Below, in pieces: positions 1-8,280 of a DNA stretch of 64,000 nt. The stretch's first letter is position 1. Each line of letters begins with the position of its first letter. Where the stretch lies: positions 32,001 to 96,000 of the IMG/VR virus record IMGVR_UViG_3300042010_000129; one strand, given 5' to 3'. Made by a program: the position numbers and the translations under genes. Under the pieces are notes generated by a model. That model worked only from the letters and a program-made list of their open reading frames with translations, did no database searches and had not been told where the DNA came from. This DNA comes from a virus. Lineage: Duplodnaviria; Caudoviricetes.

Positions 1-5
1 ATCCA

Positions 6-449
6 ATGCTGAACGACAATTTCGATCTGCATTCAATCGGCGGCTGCCCGGATGCGCAAGTTTCGCTGCCGGAATTCTTTCTGGATAACAGCAAAGCGTT
101 TTTGCATCTGCATCGTACCTGCATTCGTGCCCACTGGCGTAAAGCCGCTGGGTGCGAGCGCAGCACGTTGACCCTGACGTTCCATGATATTCAAGGTGAT
201 CAGGAATATCTGGATGCCCACGAAGCCTTCAACGCCGACATGGGCCAGCTGATTCTTCAGCAGTACAACCAAAAAGGCGAAGCAATTCGTCAGGTTATTT
301 TCTCTGACCTGAAGTTTTTCGACGCTGTGCAGAAACGTGATGCTTCCGAAGGCCGCGCCGCTGAACGCGATGTGACTTTCAAATACGCTTCCGAGCGAAT
401 CAGCACGTTTGAATTCGCCACTGTCAAAGAAATTGCTTTGGACAAGTGA
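6..449 (+). CDS. Possible tail tube/gp19-gp48-like fold protein (may begin upstream of window)
   Basis: TLTLTFHD...LQQYNQKG...VIFSDL...D.S...VTFKY pattern recalls the T4 gp19 fold; inference only. Confidence 0.35.
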   Translation: MLNDNFDLHSIGGCPDAQVSLPEFFLDNSKAFLHLHRTCIRAHWRKAAGCERSTLTLTFHDIQGDQEYLDAHEAFNADMGQLILQQYNQKGEAIRQVIFSDLKFFDAVQKRDASEGRAAERDVTFKYASERISTFEFATVKEIALDK

Positions 450-652
450 GCGTAACCCGTCCGCGTAGCACGCCTTGCATTGGCAAATGTTCTCACAACG
501 TTGGGGACGCCATTTGCAAGGGGTGCAAACGCACCATCGCAGAAGTCAGGGATTGGAATCGTTTTTCTCCCGACGAAAAAGTGCAACGGATGGAAGAATT
601 AAAGGTGCGCGACATTACGACATTCGTGATACCTATCGAACAACTTGATTAG
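446..652 (+). CDS. DUF1289-like small Cys-rich protein
   Basis: PCIGKCS...ICKGCKRTIAEVRDW motif; GTG start overlaps the upstream stop. Confidence 0.75.
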   Translation: MSVTRPRSTPCIGKCSHNVGDAICKGCKRTIAEVRDWNRFSPDEKVQRMEELKVRDITTFVIPIEQLD

Positions 653-661
653 CGTGAGAAT

Positions 662-823
662 ATGAAAAAATATCAGCGCGGCTATATTGACTTCAGTGGC
701 ATCGGAACTTTTCTGATTTGCTTGGGCGTCGTCGGTGGCATTTTGATCGGCGGCTTTATTTTCAAAGTCATTCCGTGGCTGTGGGATCTTTCGAAACCAT
801 GGCTGCACCAAATCACAGGGTGA
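662..823 (+). CDS. Small membrane protein (53 aa, not in ORF track)
   Basis: MKKYQRGYIDFSGIGTFLICLGVVGGILIGGFIFKVIPWLWDLSKPWLHQITG; fills the gap between flanking genes. Confidence 0.7.
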   Translation: MKKYQRGYIDFSGIGTFLICLGVVGGILIGGFIFKVIPWLWDLSKPWLHQITG

Positions 824-828
824 AGACT

Positions 829-1338
829 ATGCAACATCGCAGCATTACCGATGAAGACTTGCGCGACTTTCTGGAAGACGAAAATATCACCGACATTTCT
901 TTCGTGGCGCAGGGCCAAGTCCCGTACCACAACGGTGTGCAGCTTTTCGAAAAAGAATACGTCGGTCAAGGCCCCGACGTAGATTCCGCAATTGAAGGCG
1001 CCATGGCTACGTTCAGTGCTGAATATCGCGGCGAACGTGTCTACACTCGCGGCGTTCAGTTGTCCTCTACTGACTCCGGCATTCTCGCTGTGTTCGTCGC
1101 GGCGATTCGTCCGGCTCCGAAAAACTTCAGCCAAATCCTCAACGATTTGAAGAAAGGCGCACAAGCTCGCCGCGCTGGCTGGAACGGTGCAGGCCAGTGT
1201 GTTTATCTGGAACGCTTCGCAGATTTCGGCGTGAATTTCGAACCGTGTTTCGTTCTGCACAACGCGCAGGGCAAATTGCAACCGGGTTGGCTTCCGTCCA
1301 TGGGCGATCTGATGGCCGACGACTGGGAAGTCCTGTAA
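829..1338 (+). CDS. Protein with C-terminal DUF2829/Tad2-like domain
   Basis: FSQILNDLKKGAQARRAGWNGAG...WLPSMGDLMADDWEVL; start reassigned from 718 to ATG 829. Confidence 0.75.
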   Translation: MQHRSITDEDLRDFLEDENITDISFVAQGQVPYHNGVQLFEKEYVGQGPDVDSAIEGAMATFSAEYRGERVYTRGVQLSSTDSGILAVFVAAIRPAPKNFSQILNDLKKGAQARRAGWNGAGQCVYLERFADFGVNFEPCFVLHNAQGKLQPGWLPSMGDLMADDWEVL

Positions 1339-1580
1339 TGCTCAAAATCACCAGCATTGCCGCCTCGGAATTGAACGCACACATTGAAAAAATGAATGCC
1401 GAAACCCGTGACTGGACAGACCGGGCGGCACGCGGTGAATGCAGTTGGATTTGTGCCGACTGCTGCTGTACTTTTCCAAAGGGAATGCCTGACGATTGCG
1501 CACACGGGCACGACTTCTGCACACAGATAATCCATCGCGACAAACAGCGCGCCATGCGTGACGGTAATGAACCATCTTAA
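1338..1580 (+). CDS. Cys/His-rich hypothetical protein, possible zinc finger
   Basis: WICADCCCTFPKGMPDDCAHGHDFC; TAATG coupling at 1336-1340. Confidence 0.6.
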   Translation: MLKITSIAASELNAHIEKMNAETRDWTDRAARGECSWICADCCCTFPKGMPDDCAHGHDFCTQIIHRDKQRAMRDGNEPS

Positions 1581-1591
1581 CGGAGGAAAAA

Positions 1592-2605
1592 ATGTCTGCT
1601 GATAAAAACATGACCGGCGAACAAATTCAGCAGATTATGGATATGTTTTTGTACAAGGCACTCGAACCACTTGTCCTGTACACGAATATTTTCGATCCGC
1701 AAGTTGAGTATCTGTTGCTGCTGGTAGCGACCAACCGCAAACGCAAGCTGAGTTCGTTGGATCGTGGGGAAGCTGTGGAAAAACTCGCGGCCTATCTCAG
1801 TGTTCAGGATCGCAAGCAGAAATTCGAGTTCATTCGTGCGGCTCGCGTGGAAAGATTTTTCATCCACAAGTTTCTGATTTCGTTCACTGAGCAAAACATG
1901 GGCTACGTGAAACGCTACAAGGAATTCTTGCTGAATCCTACCAAGGAAAAGAAGATTGCCCTTGATCGGGACGCGGTGTTGATCGGGATGTGTGAGCGCT
2001 CGGCACTCTACAACACCCTGCAAATTTGCAACGCGTACCTGAAACGTTTTTACGTGTACCGAAATTCCGTCGTTGACCTGTACGTGAAGAACGCCAACAA
2101 GTGGGCGAAGGCCCACGTGATCGGTGCGCAAGGCCGGTCGAGTTTCAAAGACCTTGTGCAGTCGATTATCAAGGCTGTAATCACGGCGATGGATAAATAC
2201 GACAGTCGAAAAGGTGCCTTAACTTCCTACGTCACGTTCTGGACAAAAAACGCGATGAAGGCCAGTAAAGAACACGAATATGGCGTGGCTTACACTGTGC
2301 CGCAAGCACAGAAGAAAAAGCTTTTCGAGGGGACTAGCCACCACGTCAATTTCAGTGTGAGCCTCGACACGATTTATGGCGACGATGACGACGAAGGTTC
2401 AAGCATGGCCCTGCATTCTGTTCTGGCGCCGGGCCACACGCTGGAAAAAGGAATCGAAGTCGAACAAAGTCGCTCGCTTGTGCAGATGCTTGCGAAAAAA
2501 GTAGATCCGATGGGCATCGCTCGGTTGAGTCTGGATATTGGCGAGCATTTTACGCCAGAAGAACAGGCAATTATGCGCCAGCACATGCTCGAAGAAAAAC
2601 TGTAA
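1592..2605 (+). CDS. Sigma-70 family RNA polymerase sigma factor-like protein
   Basis: DLVQSIIKAVITAMDKYDSRKGALTSYVTFWTKNAM matches region 2 (DL.Q.G..GL..A++K+D...G..STYA.WWI+.A); GGAGG SD. Confidence 0.75.
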   Translation: MSADKNMTGEQIQQIMDMFLYKALEPLVLYTNIFDPQVEYLLLLVATNRKRKLSSLDRGEAVEKLAAYLSVQDRKQKFEFIRAARVERFFIHKFLISFTEQNMGYVKRYKEFLLNPTKEKKIALDRDAVLIGMCERSALYNTLQICNAYLKRFYVYRNSVVDLYVKNANKWAKAHVIGAQGRSSFKDLVQSIIKAVITAMDKYDSRKGALTSYVTFWTKNAMKASKEHEYGVAYTVPQAQKKKLFEGTSHHVNFSVSLDTIYGDDDDEGSSMALHSVLAPGHTLEKGIEVEQSRSLVQMLAKKVDPMGIARLSLDIGEHFTPEEQAIMRQHMLEEKL

Positions 2606-2608
2606 ATA
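2600..2608 (+). promoter_or_regulatory. CTGTAAATA candidate phage promoter
   Basis: Exact 9-mer recurring five times in the window, mostly at intergenic positions. Confidence 0.5.
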
Positions 2609-2617
2609 AACTGAGTG

Positions 2618-2809
2618 ATGTTCATGAAAGAAAAAAGCAACGTTGCAGTTGTCGATTTCCAAAATCCGCGTGACGCACAGGGCAACATCGTGCTTTTCCT
2701 GACGACTGAAGAACGCGCCAAACAGATTGCAGCAGAGGCCTACGAAAAGGCACTTAAAAACGTACTGGAACGCGCAGCCTCTGTTTACTGGCCGGGCGAT
2801 CCGACATAA
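2618..2809 (+). CDS. Hypothetical protein
   Basis: ORF with phage-like codon usage; start uncertain (2615, 2618 or 2624). Confidence 0.6.
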   Translation: MFMKEKSNVAVVDFQNPRDAQGNIVLFLTTEERAKQIAAEAYEKALKNVLERAASVYWPGDPT

Positions 2810-2821
2810 AGGGATTACACC

Positions 2822-3448
2822 ATGAGCAATTTGCTTGCACACGCTGACCGTGAATTCGCAATCACCATGCGGAACATGCGGGCCAATCCGGAAAACGACG
2901 AAAGCGATTTGACGATGCAGGAACATATGCATCAAAACGTGCGTGAAATTCTGGAAGTTGTTTCCCGTCAGGGGCACACCGGTTTCAGCATCAACTTTCT
3001 GTTCCAGATGGTTCAGAAAGTTGGAATGTTCGAACCGCTTTCTCCGATCCTTGGCACCGATGACGAATGGGTTGACGTTGCCAATATCAGCGGCGGGCAA
3101 CCGATGTTGCAGAACGCTCGCTGTGGTCACATTTTCCGTGATGGTGATTCGCAGGCTTACGATTCCACCGGTCGCGTTGTCGTTTGTGAAGACGGCCAGA
3201 CCGTGACGAATTATCAGAGCCGGGTTTACATCGAATTTCCGTATGTGCCGACTCGGGTTTACGCCCCGCATGGTGAAGACCTCGAACGTTTTATCCGCGC
3301 CGGTATTGTGGTTGGTGACGACTACAAAACTGCCGACGAAGTTCGCGAACTTTACAAGGTTCTGAAACGCACGGAAGAATTGCGCGAAGCTGGGCAAGCA
3401 TTTGTTGCAGAAGTAAAAGCAACCGGCCTACCCAACGTAGACGAATAA
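2822..3448 (+). CDS. Conserved phage hypothetical protein
   Basis: QGHTGFS...EPLSPILGTDDEW...QNARC pattern; SD upstream. Confidence 0.7.
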   Translation: MSNLLAHADREFAITMRNMRANPENDESDLTMQEHMHQNVREILEVVSRQGHTGFSINFLFQMVQKVGMFEPLSPILGTDDEWVDVANISGGQPMLQNARCGHIFRDGDSQAYDSTGRVVVCEDGQTVTNYQSRVYIEFPYVPTRVYAPHGEDLERFIRAGIVVGDDYKTADEVRELYKVLKRTEELREAGQAFVAEVKATGLPNVDE

Positions 3449-3450
3449 AA

Positions 3451-3459
3451 CTGTAAATA
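3451..3459 (+). promoter_or_regulatory. CTGTAAATA candidate phage promoter
   Basis: Intergenic, upstream of the SSB-RecA pair. Confidence 0.6.
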
Positions 3460-3516
3460 ATACTCAGGAGAGAAAAGCTTTCCGGGTATTCGACTTGAAT
3501 CTAGAGGAACAACCGC

Positions 3517-4773
3517 ATGGCGACCGCCGTTTTTAAAGGCATGGGCAGCATCCGCACCAACAGTGGCAAGGGTGATTCGCTCCGCTTGGACGAAGTTGTT
3601 GATATCATCCAGTGGCCGAAAAACAAATATTTCCTGTTCCGCATTTTGCCGATCATGCCGCTGCAAGTGCGTCAGGTCTGGATCAAACTGTGGGCCGGTG
3701 GCAAGGGCAAAGAAAAACGCGAAGTGAACATTCCGCGTTACGCTATCGACTTCGATCCGAACGATCCGGAAACCCCGAAAAAAGGCGTGAAGTGCCCGTA
3801 CATGGCGCTGGCCGACAAGTTCAAAGGCCAGAAAGAAAAGCCGGTGCGTGCATCCGACTTCTGGTTGTTCAACGTGATCGACCGTGACATGCAGGAAGAA
3901 GGCCCGCCGCGTAAAGCGTCGAAGCCAACCAAGGAAGAAAAGAATTCCGGTTTCAAGGATATCAATTCTGAAACTTGGACTCCGGTTCGCGTTGCCCGTC
4001 TGACCATGACTTCGATCAACCGACTGCAAGAATTGTCGGAAGAAAACAAAATCAAGTCGAAGAAAACCGGCAAAACCGCGCAGTACGACGTATCCGATGC
4101 GAAGTTCGGTTTCGATACCAAACTGAAATTCAAACCGGACGCAGCGGGCACCGACAAATATACCATCGACAAAGCGGACGGCCCTACTCCGCTGAGCGAC
4201 GAAGAGCAAGGCTATCTGACGTGGAACCTCACTGAAGAACTTCTGGACGCCACCGGTCGCATGACCGAAAAGGCTGCGAAGGAAGACGTCAAGCGTATGG
4301 AAATCATCGGCGGCGAAGAACTCGACGATGACGACGATGAAGACGAAGACGAAAAGCCGAAGAAAAAGAAAGGCAAATCCACTTCGCTCGACGACGATGA
4401 CGACGAAGACGAAAAGCCGAAGAAAAAGAAAAAGAAATCTTCCATCGACGATGACGATGATGAAGACGAAAAACCGAAAAAGAAAAAGAAGTCCAAGTCC
4501 ATCGACGACGATGATGACGAAGACGAAAAGCCGAAGAAAAAGAAAAAGTCTTCGGACAAAGACGCCAAGTCTTCCAAGGTGAAAAAGAAGTCGAAGTCGG
4601 ACGACGATGACGAAGACGAAAAGCCGAAGAAGAAAAAGAAAGCCAAGGAAGAAGAAGCTCCGAAGAAAAAGAAAAAATCTTCGGACAAGGAAGAGAAAGG
4701 CGGCGCCAAAAAGAAAGTGAAGAAAGCTGACAAGAAAGGCAGCGGCAAGAAAAAGAACGCGTGGGATGACTAA
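3517..4773 (+). CDS. Probable ssDNA-binding protein (gp32-like) with acidic/basic block-repeat tail
   Basis: FRILP motif, position directly upstream of RecA, long D/E/K low-complexity C-terminus; function inferred. Confidence 0.5.
   Translation: MATAVFKGMGSIRTNSGKGDSLRLDEVVDIIQWPKNKYFLFRILPIMPLQVRQVWIKLWAGGKGKEKREVNIPRYAIDFDPNDPETPKKGVKCPYMALADKFKGQKEKPVRASDFWLFNVIDRDMQEEGPPRKASKPTKEEKNSGFKDINSETWTPVRVARLTMTSINRLQELSEENKIKSKKTGKTAQYDVSDAKFGFDTKLKFKPDAAGTDKYTIDKADGPTPLSDEEQGYLTWNLTEELLDATGRMTEKAAKEDVKRMEIIGGEELDDDDDEDEDEKPKKKKGKSTSLDDDDDEDEKPKKKKKKSSIDDDDDEDEKPKKKKKSKSIDDDDDEDEKPKKKKKSSDKDAKSSKVKKKSKSDDDDEDEKPKKKKKAKEEEAPKKKKKSSDKEEKGGAKKKVKKADKKGSGKKKNAWDD
4324..4641 (+). repeat. Five imperfect coding repeats DDDD(D)EDEKPKKKK
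   Basis: gacgatgacgacgaagacgaaaagccgaagaaaaag units seen five times in frame. Confidence 0.9.
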
Positions 4774-4788
4774 TCGGTAACTGCCGAC

Positions 4789-4810
4789 TGGGCCTAGATT
4801 CTTAGGCCCA
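4789..4810 (+). other. Intergenic hairpin without U-tract
   Basis: TGGGCCTA/TAGGCCCA 8-bp stem upstream of recA. Confidence 0.55.
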
Positions 4811-4840
4811 CTTCCCTGATCTACCTGCTGTGGAGAATGC

Positions 4841-6403
4841 ATGGCAAAAACCGCCGTAAAGACCAAAAAGCTCGACCTTTCCGAAAAGGTTCTGAAGACT
4901 TCCAAGTCGAAAGTTCCAGCCGTCGTTGAGAAAAAGACTTCCAAGTCGAAAGCTCCGGCAGTGAAAGGCTCTAAGAGCAAGGATGTAGCCGTCGCGTCTG
5001 CAAAGTCCGACAAATTTGTCTTCAACCCTTACGCATCATTCGAAGACGAAATTGATAACATGGAAAAAAAGGTCGGCCTGACCTCCATGTCTGTCAACGA
5101 AAAAGAAGACCGATTGGGAACAGGCAGTCTCTGTCTCGATCTGCAAATGGCTGGTGGCCTTCTGGCCGGTGGCTGGTACACCTTCTACGGTGCGGAACAG
5201 TCGTGTAAAACCACGCTCGCCACAACCGTGATGGGTTCCATTGTTCGTAAAGCAGATTTCTTGGGGAAAGCGTTTTTCTTCGACTACGAAGGTTCGTTCT
5301 CCGCAGAATATGCGAACAACATGTGGAAATATAACGGTGGCGGTTCTGCCGGTACTGTTGAGCAGGTTTTCGGCCTGCAAGGTAAAGACGGCGAGTGGAT
5401 TATTCGCCCGCGTATTCGTAACTACGCGCCAGCAGTTGGCGAAGACTTTTTCGATGCGCTGGCTAGCACACTGAAAAAGCTTCCGTCTGTTCTGAAACTC
5501 GATGGTGATTTCTTCTACATTTACGAAAACACCAAAGCAAATCAGAAGCTGACCAAGGGTCACTACGACGTTAAATATTTCAAGAAGACCAACAAGTTCA
5601 AAGTCCCGGCGCCTCACGGTTTGCCGCAGGCTGTGTTCCTTGTGGACTCCTACCCGGCAATGCTTTCGCGTCGTGCAGATGACAGCGACGAAGGTAAAGA
5701 CGGTTTGGCCTCGCAAGCGCGTATGTTCTCTGACGGGATCAAACGTGTTAAAGGCCGCATGAAAGAAAAACGCGTTCTGGTTCTCGGCATCAACCAATTG
5801 CGTTCTGTTCCGATGGCGATGTACGGCCCGACCGAACAGGAACCTTGCGGTCAAGCGCTGAAATATTTCTCTGACGCTCGTTTCCGTATGTCTCCGATTG
5901 CGATTCCGCACGCGAAAGGCATGATGGAAGAAGAGCCGTCGATCAGCGGTAACGGTGTTGATACCTACCGTTACATCAAATGCCACGCATTCAAAAATAA
6001 ACTCGGTGGCCCGCAAAAATCCAACATGATCATGCGTTTGTATGTGTCGAACGAAGACGGCGAAGGCCTCGGTTTCGACCGCGTGTGGGATACGTGGATG
6101 TACTTGAAAGAAACTGGTCAGATTTCCGGCCAGCGCAACAAAATGAAATTCGCAGAAGGTACACCGTTCGCAGGTCACACCCTGTCGTACATGGATCTGA
6201 AGAAATTGGTCGATGGCAAAAAAGAATTGATCAAATCTTGCTGCGAAAAAATGAAGGTCAAGCCGCTGCGTATTTACGAGTGGTGCCGCAAGCAAATCGA
6301 ATCCGGCAAGGGTTACGATTTGTACCTTGAGCAAATCAAAGCAACCCACACCAAAAAGGCAGCGAAAGCCGCAGCCAAAGGTGACGGAGAGGACGAAGAA
6401 TGA
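4841..6403 (+). CDS. recA: RecA/UvsX-like recombinase
   Basis: LGTGSLCLD..GG, Walker A GAEQSCKTT, FDYEGS, Walker B LVDSYPAM, INQLR, G.ALK+FS.AR. Confidence 0.9.
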   Translation: MAKTAVKTKKLDLSEKVLKTSKSKVPAVVEKKTSKSKAPAVKGSKSKDVAVASAKSDKFVFNPYASFEDEIDNMEKKVGLTSMSVNEKEDRLGTGSLCLDLQMAGGLLAGGWYTFYGAEQSCKTTLATTVMGSIVRKADFLGKAFFFDYEGSFSAEYANNMWKYNGGGSAGTVEQVFGLQGKDGEWIIRPRIRNYAPAVGEDFFDALASTLKKLPSVLKLDGDFFYIYENTKANQKLTKGHYDVKYFKKTNKFKVPAPHGLPQAVFLVDSYPAMLSRRADDSDEGKDGLASQARMFSDGIKRVKGRMKEKRVLVLGINQLRSVPMAMYGPTEQEPCGQALKYFSDARFRMSPIAIPHAKGMMEEEPSISGNGVDTYRYIKCHAFKNKLGGPQKSNMIMRLYVSNEDGEGLGFDRVWDTWMYLKETGQISGQRNKMKFAEGTPFAGHTLSYMDLKKLVDGKKELIKSCCEKMKVKPLRIYEWCRKQIESGKGYDLYLEQIKATHTKKAAKAAAKGDGEDEE

Positions 6404-6618
6404 AACCCGACGACGTAGTAACAGAAAACACGGCAGCGCACGCGGCAGGTATGACGGCTGCGTCGTTGGAATTCCTCAAGACCAATCTGGAAGCGCTCCT
6501 AAAATTGCAGGCATATTTGCAGGCAAATAAATTGGGCGGCGGTCGGGAAGTCGCGTTGTCGATTACCAACCTGCAACAAAGCATCTTCTGGCTGACTGAA
6601 GCCAAAATCAAAATCTGA
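6400..6618 (+). CDS. Acb2/Tad1-like helical hairpin protein (candidate nucleotide sponge)
   Basis: GREVALSITNLQQSIFWL resembles the RE.++AIT.LE+A.+W signature. Confidence 0.55.
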   Translation: MKPDDVVTENTAAHAAGMTAASLEFLKTNLEALLKLQAYLQANKLGGGREVALSITNLQQSIFWLTEAKIKI

Positions 6619-6634
6619 TGCGGTAAAAGAGACG

Positions 6635-6656
6635 GGGGCCTTTTGGCCCCTTTCTC
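6635..6656 (+). terminator. Rho-independent terminator
   Basis: GGGGCC-TTTT-GGCCCC followed by TTTCT. Confidence 0.65.
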
Positions 6657-6679
6657 CATTCTTGGGCCTAGAACTGCAT

Positions 6680-6949
6680 ATGGAAAATCCGATAATCAAA
6701 CCCGGCACCGTTACGCGGATCGGGGAATTGATCGAAGCAGAAAATAAAACCTACGGCGAAGAAACACGGGAACGTAACGCCCGCGAACGCCGCTGGAAAA
6801 AACCAGAAGAGGAAACACGTAGACCATACCGACCGCCGCTGATCGCAATGGGTTTTGGCGACCTGCTGCTGTTTTTGACTTTCTTCGGTCTGTGCATTTA
6901 CGCCTTTCAGAAATTCCTCAACTACTTGGATACTCTCAATCCGATTTAA
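6680..6949 (+). CDS. Small protein with C-terminal transmembrane helix
   Basis: LLLFLTFFGLCIYAF hydrophobic stretch; ATG 6680. Confidence 0.6.
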   Translation: MENPIIKPGTVTRIGELIEAENKTYGEETRERNARERRWKKPEEETRRPYRPPLIAMGFGDLLLFLTFFGLCIYAFQKFLNYLDTLNPI

Positions 6950-6963
6950 TCGTGGGGTACAAA

Positions 6964-7449
6964 ATGGAACAAAAACCTAAGTCGAAAGAAATCATGATCC
7001 TGTTACGCGCCCATTCGGGTTTCGTCCTGAAGGCCTACCGGGTGATGGTGCCTGATTTTTCTGAGCCGGGCTTCTACCGGGAAATCCGCTCACGCCAAGG
7101 ATTCACCAACCGCGAACATAAGCGCCGTGCAATCAAAAAATCCTGCGCTTCGTACATCGTGCATCACGACCTGCGCGACTACGAATCTTTTCAAGGTGGA
7201 TGGGAACGCACCTGCGCAATTATTGACGGCAGTGTTCCGCAACGCAGCACCGATCCAAACTTTATCCGTATTCACAACGCTCTGATTCCCTACCCAACTT
7301 TCCAAGGCATTTTCGAATTCTACAAGGAAATCGGTTTCAACCATCGACTGAATAAATACGCGCCGGATTCCTACGCGATGAAATTGGAAAACGACAAAGA
7401 ATTTCAGCGCACGGAATTTCATCGGGCGTCGTTTAATGCGCGTGCATGA
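6964..7449 (+). CDS. Hypothetical protein
   Basis: ATG 6964 with GGGG SD; phage-like codon usage. Confidence 0.65.
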   Translation: MEQKPKSKEIMILLRAHSGFVLKAYRVMVPDFSEPGFYREIRSRQGFTNREHKRRAIKKSCASYIVHHDLRDYESFQGGWERTCAIIDGSVPQRSTDPNFIRIHNALIPYPTFQGIFEFYKEIGFNHRLNKYAPDSYAMKLENDKEFQRTEFHRASFNARA

Positions 7450-7590
7450 CCACGCCGCGTTCGTCGGATGCCGGGGCAACCTAGCGGTCGGGTAGTTGAC
7501 AGGCACGGCCCCAGTGTGCTAGGCCGCAGCCCTCCCCAAGGCCCCCGTAGTACGGGCGTCTCCGGGCATAACTTCCGATATCGCGTGAGC

Positions 7591-7619
7591 TTGCCTAAGT
7601 GCTTGATTTTCGGTAGAAT
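7591..7619 (+). promoter_or_regulatory. Host sigma-70-type promoter
   Basis: TTGCCT-N17-TAGAAT upstream of the GNAT gene. Confidence 0.6.
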
Positions 7620-7723
7620 TGACGGGTTCAGCGCGGTCGTGCTGAGCAACACACTAACGGAATATGGGAAGTTTCATTTCCCTGAATGCCATGCATACAA
7701 CCAGCAGTTTGAAGGATCGGTAT

Positions 7724-8197
7724 ATGGATATCGACTATCAGACATTCGAGTCCGGGGATTTTTCTTGCCTACTCGTTTTGTCTAACGGATGCGCAGATTC
7801 AATCGGTTATATTGCAGACCACATTCCACGCAAAGATAGCGTGCTTGTGGTGGCGTCTCATAAGAATATTGAGGCGGCGGAAAAGGAAGTGGCCGGGTAC
7901 ATTATGGCTACTGCAAACAAAGAAAGTATCTACGTGCATAACGTTTTGGTACTGGATAAGTTCCAACGCAAAGGCATCGCTACCAAGATGCTGATGGAAC
8001 TCGAAAAACTTATTTGGCAGGAGCGCGCTGAATACCCGATTATGCTTTTTACAGGCGAAGAAAATAAAGCGGCAATGAATTGTTATGCGAAGGCAGGTTT
8101 CACTATTGCCCTACGCATTCCGAATTGTCGCAACTCAGGCGAAGCACGAATAGCTCTGCGTAAAGACAGCAGCGTCGGCTATCATCTGGCGTCGTAA
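7724..8197 (+). CDS. GNAT (RimI-like) acetyltransferase
   Basis: YVHNVLVLDKFQRKGIATKML...NKAAMNCYAKAGF; GAAGGA SD before ATG 7724. Confidence 0.85.
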   Translation: MDIDYQTFESGDFSCLLVLSNGCADSIGYIADHIPRKDSVLVVASHKNIEAAEKEVAGYIMATANKESIYVHNVLVLDKFQRKGIATKMLMELEKLIWQERAEYPIMLFTGEENKAAMNCYAKAGFTIALRIPNCRNSGEARIALRKDSSVGYHLAS

Positions 8198-8280
8198 AAA
8201 GCAGTAGGAGCGAATGGTAATTTTATATTACCGGGGCAGTTTCTAGGCCCTTGCTACGTCTATAATCGGGGATTTACATA

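Noticed and set aside
4324-4641. Tandem DNA repeats considered as a CRISPR array
   Set aside because: They are in-frame, imperfect coding repeats with short low-complexity linkers, and no cas genes are present.
3352-6349. Long minus-strand ORFs (557 aa and 437 aa), and similar antisense ORFs across the window
   Set aside because: They are shadows of well-supported plus-strand genes with biased codon use, F/L/V-rich, with no motifs.
7496-7525. TTGACA at 7496 as a sigma-70 promoter
   Set aside because: No acceptable -10 hexamer at 16-18 nt spacing.
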